64,000 nt of DNA from the human T2T-CHM13v2.0 reference genome, Homo sapiens. The stretch lies in the NCBI RefSeq assembly GCF_009914755.1, contig NC_060942.1. One strand, written 5' to 3'. The notes below the pieces were generated by a model that was not told where the DNA came from, searched no databases, and saw only the letters and a program-made list of their open reading frames with translations. Made by a program: the position numbers and the translations under genes. Below, in pieces: positions 16,967 to 31,523 of the stretch; position 1 is the stretch's first letter, and every line of letters starts with the position of its first letter.

Positions 16967-18438
16967 TTGTGTGTGTATGTGAATTTATATGAGGATGTTT
17001 ATGATACAGTGTTCTGTACACTATTTTTCCTTCAAGAGGAGAATACATTATATCACTATTAGGTCTGAATACAGCTTAAAAGTTCTGTGTTCGTATTGGA
17101 CTATATCAGTCTACCCTGAATAGGAAGGGTTTTACATTAAAACTCCTTTGGTGCATATCTCCAGGGTCATCTCTTATTTTTTGTTTTTATTGATACACAA
17201 GAGGTGTACATATTTTGGGATACATGTGATATTTTCATCCATGCATACAATGTATAATGATCAAACAGGCAATTGGGGCAACCATCAGTATTAACATCAC
17301 CCCTTCTTTACATTGGGAACATTCCAGTTCCTCTCCCCAGCTGTTCTGAACTATACAAGTTGTTAACTATAGTCGCCCAACTGTACTATCAAACATTAGA
17401 TTTTTTTCCCCGTATCTAGCTGTAGTCTTGTACGCATTTACCATCTCACTCATCCCCCCCTTTCTCCTACTGTTCCCAGCCTCTGGTAACCACCAATCAA
17501 CTTTCTATCTCCATGAGATCCACATTTTACATCTCCTCATATGAGTGAGAACATGTGGTATTTGTCTTTCTGTGTCTGGCTTATTTCACTTAACATAATG
17601 ACCTCCAGTTCCATTCATGTTGCTGCAGATGACAGGATTTCATTCTTTTTATAGCTGAGTAATACTCCTTTGGGTATATGTACCTCCTGTTCTATTCTAT
17701 TTTTAGAGAAGGGGTCTCATTGTATTGCCCATGCAGGTCCTGAACTCCTGGTCTCAAGTGATGTTTCTCCCCTGGCCTCCCAAAGTGTTGGGATTACAGG
17801 AATGAGCCACCATACCCGGCCCACATTTTCTTTATCCTTTCAATCTATTTATGAACACTTAGGTTGATTTCATGTCTTGGCTATTGTGGATAGTGCTGCA
17901 GTAAACATGGGAGTACAAATCTCTCTTTGACATACTGATATTCTTTCTTCTGGGTATATATACACCCAGCAATGGGATTACTGGATCATATGGTAGTTCT
18001 GTTTTTAGTTTTTTGAGGAACCTCCATACTGTTTCTCATAGTGGCTGTACTAATTTAAAGTCCCACCAACAGTCTACAGGTGTTCCCCTTTTCGTGTGTT
18101 CTTGTCAGCATCCGAAAAGCCATTTTCTTTTTTTCTCTTTTTAAAAATTTAAATTAAAAACTTTTTTTATAGTAGAGATAGGGTCTTGCCATATTGCCCA
18201 GGCTGGCGCTGAACCCCTGGCCTCAAGTGATCCTCCCACTTTGACCTCCCAAAGTGCTGGGGGCTTGAGCCACCTCGACTGGCCAGTAAAAGCAACAGTA
18301 GTTTGAGAGGATTGATATTTGTTCTTTAAATGTTTGGTAGAATCTGGCATTGAAACCATCAGGCCCTGGGGCTTTTCTCTGATGGGAGATATTTTTATTA
18401 CTTCTTTGATCTTGTTACTCATTATTGGTCTGTTCAAG

Positions 18439-18439
<1 letters not shown>

Positions 18440-18481
<42 letters not shown>
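18440..18481. repeat. (TA)n microsatellite
   Basis: About 21 perfect TA units. Confidence 0.95.
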
Positions 18482-18488
<7 letters not shown>

Positions 18489-19185
18489 TATTATTATTTT
18501 TTGAGATGGGGTCTCCCTCTGTCACCCAGGCTGGAGTGGCACGATGTCAGCTCATTGCAACCTCCGTCTCCCAGGTTCAAATGATTCTCTTGCCTCAGCC
18601 TCCCAAGTAGCTGGGATTATGGGCATGTGCCACCACACCCAGCTAAATTTTGTATTTTTTAATAGAGATGGGGTTTCACCATGTTGGCCAGGCTGATCTT
18701 GAACCCCTGACCTCAAGTGATCCGCCCACCTTGGCCTCCCAAAGTGCTGAGATTACAGGTGAGCCACCGCCCCTGGCCAGGGTTGATACTTCTTCATGTC
18801 TCAATCTTGGTAGGTTGTTTATGTCCAATAATTTATCTATTTCTTCTAGATTTTTCAATTTGTTGGTATATAGATGTTCATGATATTCTGTCATGATCCT
18901 TTACATTTCTGTGGTATCATTTATGTCCCCATTTTTGTTTCTGATTTTATTTGGGTCTTCTGGTTTTATCTTAGTTGGTCTACCTAAAGATTTGTTGATT
19001 TTGTTTATCTTTTGAAAAATCCAGCTTTTCATTTTGTTGATATTTTCTCTTTTTATTGTCTCAATTTCATTTATTTCTGCTGATCTTTATTACTTCTTCC
19101 TTCTACTATTGGATTTGCTTTGTTTTTGCTTTTCTAGTTCCTTGAGCTGTATTGTTAGGTTATTTGAAATCTTCCTACTTTTTAA

Positions 19186-19489
<304 letters not shown>

Positions 19490-20240
19490 TAAATTATTGA
19501 TCAGGTGTTTATTGCTATAGATATCCCTCTTACTACTGCTTTTTCTGTATTTCATGGATTTTGATATGTTGTGTTTCCATTTTCATTTGTTTCAAGAAAT
19601 TTTAAAATTTCCTTCTTAATTTCTTTATTGACGCTTTCATTGTTCAGGATAATGTTTAATTTCTTTCTAGTGTTATTGCATTGTGGTCAGAAAAGATACT
19701 TTATACCATTTCAACTTTTTTGAATTTAGTGAGACTTGTTTTGTGGCCCAATATGTGGTCTCTTTTGGAGAATGTTCCTCGTGCTGATGAGAACAGTGTG
19801 TATTCTATGGCAGTTGGATGAAGTATTCTGTAAGTGTCAATTATGTATATTTGGTTTGGATTGTAGTTTAACTTTGATGTTTCTTTGTTGATTTTCTCTC
19901 TAGTTGATGATCTGTTCATTACTGAAAGTTAAATGTTGAAATGTCCCCTACTGTTAAAGATATTGCAGTGTATCTTTCCCTTTAGATCTATTGATGTTTG
20001 TGTTTTATATTTGGTTGCTCCAGTGTTGAGTGCATATATAATTGTTATATCCTTTTGCTGAATTGACCACTTTATTATTATACAGTGACTTTTGTCTGTT
20101 TTTACAGTCTTTAACTTAAAGTCTATTTTATCTGATATAAAAGTATAATTATTCCTGCTCTTTTTTGGTTTCCATTTGTGTGCAATATCTTTTTCCATCC
20201 CTTCACTTTCAGTCTGCATGTGTCTTTATAGGTGAAATGA

Positions 20241-20528
<288 letters not shown>

Positions 20529-20899
20529 TAACTCCTGACCTCAGGTGGTCCTCCCGCCTCAGCCTCCCAAAGTACTGGGATTACAGGTGTGAGCCGCTGT
20601 GCCCGGCCTCACTCTATGTCTTCTAGTTGGAGAATTAGTTCATTTACATTCATTGTTGTTATTGATAGGTAAAGATTTACTACTGCTATTTTTGTTACTT
20701 GTTATTTGGTTGTTTTGTAACTCGTCTCTTCCTTTTTTTTTTCTTGCCCTCTTCCTTTGTGGTTAGGTGATTTTCTTTGGTAGTACGTTTTAATGTGTTT
20801 TTTAAATAAATTTTATCATTTTTTGTTTTTGAGACAAGGTCTCACTCTGTCATTCAGGCTGTAGTGCAGTGACATGATCATGGCTCACTGAAGCCTTGA

Positions 20900-21349
<450 letters not shown>

Positions 21350-21491
21350 TAATCCGCCCTCCTCGGCCTCCCAAAGTGCTGGGATTACAGGTGTGAGCCA
21401 CCGCGCCCAGCCCTGTGTTGCTTATTTTCAGTTTATCTACTATACGTTTTTTCTTCTTGGTTACCATGAAGCTTACAAAAAACATCTTATA

Positions 21492-22487
21492 TGTGGACGG
21501 CAAGCCACCTAGTTGCCAAGGCAAGAGACCGAGGGCACAAGCTGTTCCAGTATAATAAAGAAAATATATAGAATAAGAATAGTTATAATAGTTATACTAG
21601 AAATGGAGTATAGATTTGATTATATATGAATATTATTAATCATTAATTTGTAGCATTACTCTTTATTCCAGTATTGTAATAATCTTTGTTCTACAATTGT
21701 AACCTAGGAAAGACCAGGCTATACAGATATAGGAGCTGAAGGGACATGGTGAGAAGTGACCAGAAGAGAAGAGTGTGAGCCCTCTGTCACGCCCAGACAG
21801 GGCCACTAGAGGGCTCGTTGGTCTAGTGGTAACGCCAGTGCCTGGGAAGGCACCTGTTACTTAGCAGACCGGGAAAGGGAGTCTCCCTTTCCCCGGAGGA
21901 GTTAGAGAAGACTCTGCTCCACCACCTCTTGTGGAAGATCTGACATCAGCCAGGCCCGCCCGCAGCCATCCGGAGGCCTAAACCTCTCCCCGTGATGGTG
22001 TGCTTCAGTGGTCACGTTCCTGGTCCACTTTCATGTTTCGCCCTGTACACCTGGCTCCGTCTTCTAGATAGCAGTAGTAGAATTAGTGAAAGTATTAAAG
22101 CTGTTGATCTCTCCGAAAAATGCGTAGAAGAAATAATGATGTAAGCTGTCCTCTCTCTCTTTCTGCCTCGGCTACCAAAATAGGGAAGGGCTCCCTGTCT
22201 GGTGGACACATGACTCGTGTGACCCGGTGGACATGTGACTTGTGTGACCTTACCTATCATTGGAGACGACTCACACTCCTTACCCTGCCCCCTTGCCTTG
22301 TATACAATAAATAACAGCGTGGCCAGGCATTTGGGGCCGCTACCGGTCTCCGCGTCTTGGTGGTAGTGGTACCCCAAGCCCAGCTGTCTTTTCTTCTATC
22401 TCTCTGTCTTGTGTTTTTATTTCTATGATCTCTCGTCTCCGCCCACGAAGAAAAAAACCCACAGGCCCAGTAGGGCTGGACCCTATA
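21492..22487 (+). mobile_element. LTR13-type (HERV-K13/HML-4, ERVK) solo LTR
   Basis: Starts TGTGGACGGCAAGCCACC...GCAAGAGACCGAGGGCAC, ends GGGCTGGACCCTATA; AATAAA at 22306-22311; TTATA direct repeat on both sides; about 1 kb. Confidence 0.85.
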
Positions 22488-23048
22488 TTATAGATATAAC
22501 AAGTTATTTTAAACAGGTGACGTCTTAACTTTGATTACAAAGAAAATCAAACAAAGGAAAACTAAAAGACTCTACACTTTTTAACTCCTCCACATTGTGA
22601 CTTGTTGTCTCTGTGTACATCTTTTGATATTGCCTATCTCTTAACTGTTTGCCGTAGTTATTTTTTTGATAAGTTTGTCTTTTAGTCTTATGCTAGAGTT
22701 ATGAGGTGATTACACGTAATTGTAGTATTAAGAGTATTCTGAATCTGTCTGTGTAATTACTTTTACCAGGGAATTTTGTATCTTCACATGTTTTCTTTCT
22801 GCATATTACTATCCTTTTCTTTTAGATTGATGAACTCCCTTTACTATTTCTTATAAGAAATGATGGTGATGAATTTCCTCAGCTTTTGTTCATCTGGGAA
22901 AGGTTTTATCTCCCCTCCATGTTTGAAGGAAAGTTTTGGTTGGTACAGTATTCTTAATTACCAGTTTTTTTCTTTTAGCATTTTGAATATGTCATCTTGC
23001 TCTCTCCTGTCCTGTATGGTTTCTGCTGAAAGGTCTGTTGCTAGATGA

Positions 23049-23616
<568 letters not shown>

Positions 23617-25429
23617 TCAACTCTCTCTTGAATGCCATTGACTCAGTTTTGCTTTTTTGAAGTTAGTCTCTATATCTTGTAGGCCTTCTCCATTCCTTTT
23701 CATTCTTTTTTCTCTTCTGTGTATTTTCAAATAGCTTATATCCAGTCCCACTGTTTTTATTTTTTTCCACTGCTTAATTTTGCTGTTGAGAGCCTCTGAT
23801 GCATTTTTCATTTCAACAGATACATTTCTCAGTTCTAGGATTTTTGTTTGATTTTGAAAACATCATTTCCATCTCTGTTAAATTTCTCTGATAAATTCCT
23901 GAATTGGTTTTCTGTGTTATCTTAGAGTTCAACTGAGTTTCTTTAGAACTGCTATTTTGAATTCTTTAACTGAGAGCTTACATATTGCTGCCTTATTAGG
24001 GTTGGTCATTGGCACTTTGCTTTGTCCATTGGCTTCCTGTTTATTTTCTTATCTGCCTTATATGGCTTCGTATTGAAAGATCATTTTTTTTTTTTTTCCC
24101 AGTTTTTGCTGTCTGCTTATTTTGGTCTTTCTAGGGCATACTTGCTTAGAAGTTCTTTGCAATTGCCTGTTGAATCCCCTAAATTATAGATTGCTGCCTG
24201 CCTCCTTTTCAGAGCTAAATGGTGCCTTAAGCCCAAGTTTGCCTTGGGTGTCACAAATGTTTGGAACTCTGTTCATCCTGAATTGGGCGGGAAGGAGTGG
24301 GGGTGGATCCCAAAAGTGGTACCTTGGCTATGTGGGAAGTCTGGTTAGGGATTTATGGCCAGAAGACCCATGGAATGTGTGCCTCCTGCAGTATAGTGCT
24401 GCTGAACAGCCACTCTGATTTGATGTCTCTCTTGGCTAAGATAAAGAGCAGAGTTTCAAGGGCTAGGTTTGCTAGTCCTGTCTCTTCTCTTTGACTGTAG
24501 CTACCCTTAGGGATTTTTCTTCCTGCAGGTACTCATAAGGCTTCCTGTGGATTGAGGCAGGAATGATTTTCCTGCAAGGGAACCCAAGTTGGTAGGAAGC
24601 TGGCTCTCTGCCTTGATCTCACTTTTTCCAGTGTAGAGACTGTGATTCCTGGGGGAATTTTCTGTGCTTTGTGCCTGGTAGATAGGGGGAAGGATGTTGC
24701 AGATACAGAAATTCGTTTCTTTTATTATCTGCTTGGCGTTTTTCATGTCTCTGGCCCCAGGGATCATTTCAGCTTCAGACTTGAGTTCTGGGATATTGCT
24801 GGTGATAATCTTGGTGCTGGGTATTTTTTTTTTTTTTTTCGATTTTCTGTTGGGGAGAGTGAAGCCAGATTGTTTCTACTCTGAGATTTTGGCGTTGCCA
24901 CAGATATGTACACATATACTAATCCTTATCAGCGGTATAAATTTGTATGCACTTCCTCACTTATGTACCTTTTAACATACTACTCCCTTTAAGTAAAATG
25001 CCTGCTCCTCTTTTTCTCCCTTGTTACCTGGATTAATTCCTCTACATCCTATAAATACTGAGTTTATATGATTTGCGAACCTCCTCTCTCCTTTTACTCT
25101 CCATAGTATTATATATGCATATACTCTTCATCTATTTAGGTTTACTCTTACCTATTAAAATTCATTTGATTTCTAGATTGCAAGTTTCTTGGAGGCTAGG
25201 GATGTCTTTTTAATTTTATTTGGGCCAAAACATATCTAATCCACTTTAGTATGTTTATAGTATTTTAAAGAAAAATCAATAAATTGAATAATTGTCTTAC
25301 TGACATGTACATAAAGAAACTAATTCCCTGAGGTTCTTTGGGGAAGTGATATTATATAGAATAAGAAAAGTTAACATTAAGTTGCTTACCTAGGTATAGC
25401 ATTAGGCCTGATTGTATTCAAATCTTACG

Positions 25430-26660
25430 AGCATACATGATCATATCAGTAGATGCAGAAAAAGTACTTGACAAAATCCAACACCCTTTCGTGATAAAAA
25501 CACTAAACAAACTGGGACCAGAAGGGAACTTCTTTGGCTTGATAAAGGACATCTATGAAAAACCACAGCTAACATCATCCTTAATGATGAAAGACTGAAT
25601 ACTTACCCGGTAACATCAGAAACAAGACAAGAATGTCCACTTTATTACTTCTGTTCAACATTATACCAGAGGTTCTAGTCATAGCAACTAGGTAAGAAAA
25701 AGAAATAAAAGGAAGAAGTAAAAGAAAAAGAAGATGTGAAACTAACTTTGCTTACAGATGACCTGATACCATGTATAGAAAAACCCAAAGAATCCACAAA
25801 AGCTATTGTAGCTAATAAATGAGTTCAGCAAGATTGCAGGAACCAAGATTGATATAGGAACATCAGTTGTCTTTCTGTACACTAACAATGAACAATATGA
25901 AAATGAAATTAAAACAATTTCATTTATAATGGCATCAAAAAGAGTAAAATACTTAAGAATAAATTTAACCAAGGAGATGCAAGACTTGTACAGTGAAAAC
26001 TACTGAACATTGTTGAAAGAAATTAAAGAAGACCTAAATAAATGACAAAACATTCCATGTTCTTAGATCAGGTTTAATATTGTTTAGATGGTATATTAGT
26101 TTCCTAGGGCTGCTATAACAAATTACCATAGACTGGGTGGCTTAACAGAGATTTATTCTTTCACAGTATCAGAGGCTAGAAGTCCAGAGTCTGGGTGTTG
26201 GCAAGATTGGTTTGTTCTGGAGACTTTCAGGGAGAATCTGTTGTATGCCTTTCTCCCAGCTTCTGGTGGTTCCCAGCAATCTTTGTTCCTTGGCTTGTAG
26301 ATGCATCACTCTATATTCTCTGCCACTGTCTTCACATGACCTTTTTCCCTGTGAGTCTGTGTTTCTTGGTGGGTGTCGGTACATGACTCTCTTATAAGGA
26401 CACTAAACATTGAATTTAGGGCCTACCCTAATCCAGTATGACCTCACTTTAACTTGATTACATATGTAAAGTCCCTGTTTACAAATAAGGTAACATTAAC
26501 AGATACCTGGATTAGGACTTCAGCATATTTTGGAAGGGGGCATAATTCAACCCACAATAGATGGCAGTATTTCCCAAACTAATCTTCCGATTAAGTGTAA
26601 TCCCTATCAAAATCCTGGTACTTTTTTTTGCAGAAATTGACACACTGATATTAAAATTCC
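25430..26660 (+). mobile_element. L1M ORF2 reverse-transcriptase-region fragment, split by an MLT1 LTR
   Basis: GATGCAGAAAAAG..TTGACAAAATCCAACACCCTTTC..., TTACAGATGACCTGAT (degenerate FADD motif). Confidence 0.8.
26092..26559 (-). mobile_element. MLT1 (MLT1C-like) MaLR solo LTR
   Basis: TATATTAGTTTCCTAGGGCTGC...CATAATTCAACCCACAATA; 5-bp TSD GATGG. Confidence 0.8.
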
Positions 26661-26664
26661 TGAC

Positions 26665-26850
26665 CCGAGGTCAGGAGTTCGAGAACAGGCTGGCCAACGT
26701 AGCGAAACCCTGCCTCTACTAAAAATACAAAAATTAGCTGAGCGTTGTGGTGCATGCCTGTAATCCCAGCTACTTGGGAGACTGAGGCAGGAGAATTGCT
26801 TGAACCTGGGTAACAGAGTGAGACTCTGTATCAAAAAAAGAAAAAATAAA
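26665..26850 (+). mobile_element. Truncated Alu with internal deletion
   Basis: GAACCTGGG joined directly to GTAACAGAGTGAGAC. Confidence 0.85.
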
Positions 26851-27987
26851 GCAAACAAAGAACAGTTTACTTGTGTGGTTACAGAAAGTTAGTAAACAGG
26901 CTTTTATATGCTAATAACCATTTGGACTAAGGAGAAGAGGATATAATATGCCAATATTGTAGAAACTTACTTGACAAGGGAACCTTTACTCTTGGAGTTC
27001 AGTGTGGAATTAGGGTAGGTGTTCTGTTATCAATTGTGGTACATCTATTTGATGGAATATTAAGTAGTCATTAAAACGATTATTTTGAAGATGATAGCAG
27101 CGTGGAAAATGCCTGTATAAAGACATCAGCATTCAAATTAGTTTGCTACAATGATTACAATTATGGTAAATATCCATGCATGGAAAATTAAAACTAGATA
27201 ATATTTTTATCCATTAAATTGGCAATGGTGTGGGGAAATGGTACACTCATTGTACAGCAGTTTGGCTCTATTGGAATTGTAAACAAATGTATGCTTTGAT
27301 CAGATAGTTCTTTTAAGAATCTCTACTGAAATACCGACCTCATGTGCACAAAGATGTATACGCAGGAATGGTCTTTACAGTACTGTACATATTGGTGACA
27401 ATTTGGAAGCACTTTAAATGCTAGTCAATAGGAGAATAGTTAAGTACATTAGTGTATATCCAAGTGATGGAATACTCTGTAGCAGTTAAATTGAATTAAG
27501 GTCTATTCAATTTAGGTCTGTATTCTTAGACCTATTTAAGATAGGTCTGTATCTGTGACACTAAAAAATAAATCTTCCAAGATGCATTCTTTGAAAAAAA
27601 AGTCACAAAATATATGTATGTGTCCCTATGTCTGCGTATACATATATATGTATATAATATTCCCATTTATGGAAAACAACTAGATTATGAATGTCATTCA
27701 GTGTATTGATAGAATGTCTGTAAGGACACAGAGTAGAATATTAATAGTGGTTTCTAGTGGGATGGGAATGGTGATCCAGCGTGTTTGTGTGAAATGGAAC
27801 TTTTACTTTACATGTTTCTGAAATGTTTGAATTTTTAACAATAATTGTATATTACTTTTATAACAGTTTTGAAAACATGCAGGGGAGAATAGACAAACGT
27901 ATACCAAAGTATTTACACTTGTATTAAGGTGGTAAGATTATGGATGACTCTTTCCCCAAATTTGTATATTAAAATTATAAAAAGGAG

Positions 27988-28270
27988 GTGCTGGGGCGGT
28001 GGTTCACACCTGTAATCCCAGCACTTTGGGAGGCTGAGGCAGGCAGATCACTTGAGCTCAGGAGTTCGAGACCAGCCAGGCTAACATGGTGAAATCCTGT
28101 CTCTACTAAAAATACAAAAATTAGCTGGGCACAGTGGCATGCGCCTGTAATCCCAGCTACTTGGGAGGCTGAGGCAGGAGAATCATGCAGTGAGCCGAGA
28201 TCATGCCACTGCACTCCAGCCTGGGTGACAGAGCAAGACTCTGTCTAAAAAAAAAAAAAACAAAACAGAA
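27988..28270 (+). mobile_element. AluS
   Basis: Dimer with small right-arm deletion, A-tail. Confidence 0.88.
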
Positions 28271-28425
28271 AACAAACAATGTATCAATATATATGTATTT
28301 GTGTATATATAAATAAACACAAATCATTCAGGATATAATTGCAAAGGATTGCCTTACTCTTTTGATCTTCACTGTTTAAGAATTTTGTATTAAAATTAAG
28401 CAAAGCTACCCATTTTGAGGTTTAG

Positions 28426-28650
<225 letters not shown>

Positions 28651-30565
28651 TAGAAATTACAATATACTTATGTCATTTTTAAAAGTAAATTAATGTAGAA
28701 ATTAAATTGGCATAAAACTTCTTAGAATTGTACTCTCCATTTGCACCTAGACATACTCGTGCATTTTGTTTTCTAATTTATCCCAGTTAAATTAGCCTGG
28801 GAAGATCCAGAAAAGGTTACAGTTAATATTTAATATTTTTTGATAGAGTGGTTATTGGAGAATGTTGTGTGGTGCAAGTCAGCAGTGGTTTTTCTGATAC
28901 TTAACCCCAGAATGATATAGGTCTATGCCCATCTGGTCTCTAGCAGTGCTGGACCAGTGCAGCTTTCCTGATGTGGGGGCCTGCCTCTTTAAAACTTGAG
29001 TATGAAAGAGCAGCTCAGAAATGTGTGTGCTTTCATAGAGTGAATTTGTTCCCAAAGAGCTACAGTTTTTTATTTAGTCATTTTTTCGTCAAATGTTCAT
29101 CAACAACAAACAAATTTGCTTGTTCTGCCCTCTCTTCAACCATCCTTCCCTTTCCCTGTCTGTATCCCTTGCTTCTGTCCTTCTGTCCCTGCCTTTGGTA
29201 TTACTCTGTCACCTTGCCATCCCTTATGCTTCCTTCTTCTGTTTCCCTTCCTCCTCCACCTTGCTGTGTCCTCCTCTGTAGTTCTCCACCTTGCGTACTC
29301 CCATCTCCTGTCTCATCCAGCCTCTCAGTTCCTGTCCTGCCTGTCCCTCCATTCCAGTCCCATTCAGTGCCTCCATCCTGTCCCATGTACTTCATCTCAC
29401 ATCCCTCTTAGTATCCTATTACCCCCACTCTACTGTAATTGTTCGGTCTCTTCTCCTGGCCAGCACCTCCTTCTCTTCCCATCCAGCCCCAACTCCTGCC
29501 CCATCTCATCCCCTCCCATCCTGCCTAGTCCCTCCTTCCTGTTGTCCTGACCCTCCATTAGCCCTTCTGTCCTTTCTGCCTTATTCCCTAAGTAGGTATT
29601 TTAGCACATATAATATGCCTATTAGGCAGGGCTACAATAGTGAACAATACAGAAAAAATAGTGAATAATTGTGAACAAAACAAAAAAATAAAATCTCTGT
29701 TGTTATGATGCTTTTATTCAAAGACACTTCACAGTTTGTAGCTGCCGTACACATATACATACAATATTACAAGAGGGTGATGTTATAGCATCCTTATTTT
29801 AAAGATGAGGAAATCAGAGGTGCGATTCTGAACTGGATTTTGAACGCAGACCTGTCTTATTTCAAAACCTAAGCAGTCTTTCTGCCATTTCAAACTGCTA
29901 TATAGATAAAACCTCTAGAGAATTCTAAAGGGAAATTCTGGGATTCCAGTAGTGGTGTTACAGATTTTGTGTCTTATCAAATCCTTTTTGATAAAAATAG
30001 ACAATTAGATTAGCATAACCAAAAAAGCCACAAACATCTATAACAAAACTAGGTTTCAGAGTAACCTGTTGAACCCTAAATATGAATGAGTAGAGATAAA
30101 CCACTGACAGCTATTGAGTCTGCATCTCTTCGTATGGGAGCAGAGAGAATTAATGAGGCATCTGATAGATCCGAGAACAGGAAAGCTCCAAAACAGCTAG
30201 CAAATATTCATTGGCTAGTGTGGTAGACAATTGTCTTAGCAGCACCTGAACCTGAGAGAGTTCCTGAAGACTCCAGTTTGGGATGAGAAAATAGGTCCAT
30301 GCTAAAGTCAGAAAGGATGGAACTAGTGTGGGCCTTTAAACTCAAAACTAACCAGCCAAAGCTCCCTTCCAAGGCAGAGCCTCACTTTGAGGAGAAAGTG
30401 CTGGGAATAGAAACAAAATTTAGTAGGACGGAGACAGTAGGGACAAAGGAAGGAGAAGGTCCAGATAAAATTTAGAAGGGATCATGGTTAAATTCCCATA
30501 CACAGTTATTATTGAAAAAAGGGAATAAGGAATAGAACTTCTCTACAGATAGTGAAAGTATATCA

Positions 30566-30861
30566 GGCCAGACGTGGTGGCTCATGTCTGTAATCCCAGT
30601 GCTTTGGGAGGCCAAGATGGGTGGATTGCTTGAGCCAAGGAGTTGAGACCAGCCTGAACAACGTGGTGAAACTCTGTTTCTACTAAAAATACAAAAATTA
30701 GCCAGGTGTGGTGGTGTGTGCCTGTAATCCCAGGTACTTGGGAGACTGAAGTGAGAGGATCTCTTGAGCCCAGGAGGTTGAGGCTACAGTGAGCAGAGAT
30801 CACACTTATTGCACTCCAGCCTGGGCAACAGAGTGAGACCCTGTCTCAAAAAAAAAAAAAA
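30566..30861 (+). mobile_element. AluJ-like
   Basis: Full dimer with A-tail. Confidence 0.88.
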
Positions 30862-30931
30862 GGCATATCAGAAAGATACGTGCAGAAAAATGATGAAAAC
30901 TGTACTTTTATAATTTAAAATGAGCTAAAAG

Positions 30932-31218
30932 GCTGGGCACAGTAGTGTGTACCTGTAGTCCCAGCTACTCAGGAGGCTGAGGCAGGAGGATCACTTGACT
31001 TCAAGAGCTCTGGGTGTAGTGTGGATGTCTGCACTAAGTTCGGCAAGGATGTGACCTCCTGGGTGAACCCCAGGTTGCCTGTGGCGTGGGGAACTGGCCC
31101 AAAATCAAAAACAGAGCAGGTCAAAACTCTCGTGCTGATCAGTAATGGGATCATGCCTGTGAATAGCCACTGCACTTTAGCCTGGGCTAATGTAGTGAGA
31201 CTGACTCTTAAAAAAAAT
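30932..31218 (+). pseudogene. 7SL (SRP RNA) processed pseudogene
   Basis: Alu-like ends plus S-domain sequence absent from Alu (GCACTAAGTTCGGCA, CCAGGTTGCCT, GAGCAGGTCAAAACTC, GTGCTGATCAGTA, CCTGTGAATAGCCACTGCAC). A-tail and 15-bp TSD AAAATGAGCTAAAAG at 30917-30931 and 31232-31246. Confidence 0.92.
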
Positions 31219-31490
31219 TGCAAAAAAACAAAAAATGAGCTAAAAGAAATTAAGAAAATGAAAAAAGTGTAAGAGAATGAAATCAGAAATTAGGTGATAT
31301 AACTTAGGACATAATTAAAAAGAAGTGAAAAAGTCATTTTATAAGTGAAGACTAAGCTGGAAGGAACACAGAGCAGAGCAAATAAATGCAAGAGATAATG
31401 GCTAAGAGAAATAGAAGGTGAAAAAGCAGGAAAATTTTAAAAATAGGAAAGGTGAAAAGTATTTCAGAGAAAGAAGTAAACATTAAATAG

Positions 31491-31491
<1 letters not shown>

Positions 31492-31521
<30 letters not shown>
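31492..31521. repeat. (CT)n microsatellite
   Basis: About 15 CT units. Confidence 0.95.

Positions 31522-31523
<2 letters not shown>

Noticed and set aside
28971-29668. Overlapping 125-146 aa Pro/Ser/Leu-rich ORFs
   Set aside because: Artefact of a C/T-rich tract lacking stop codons; no domain or splice support.
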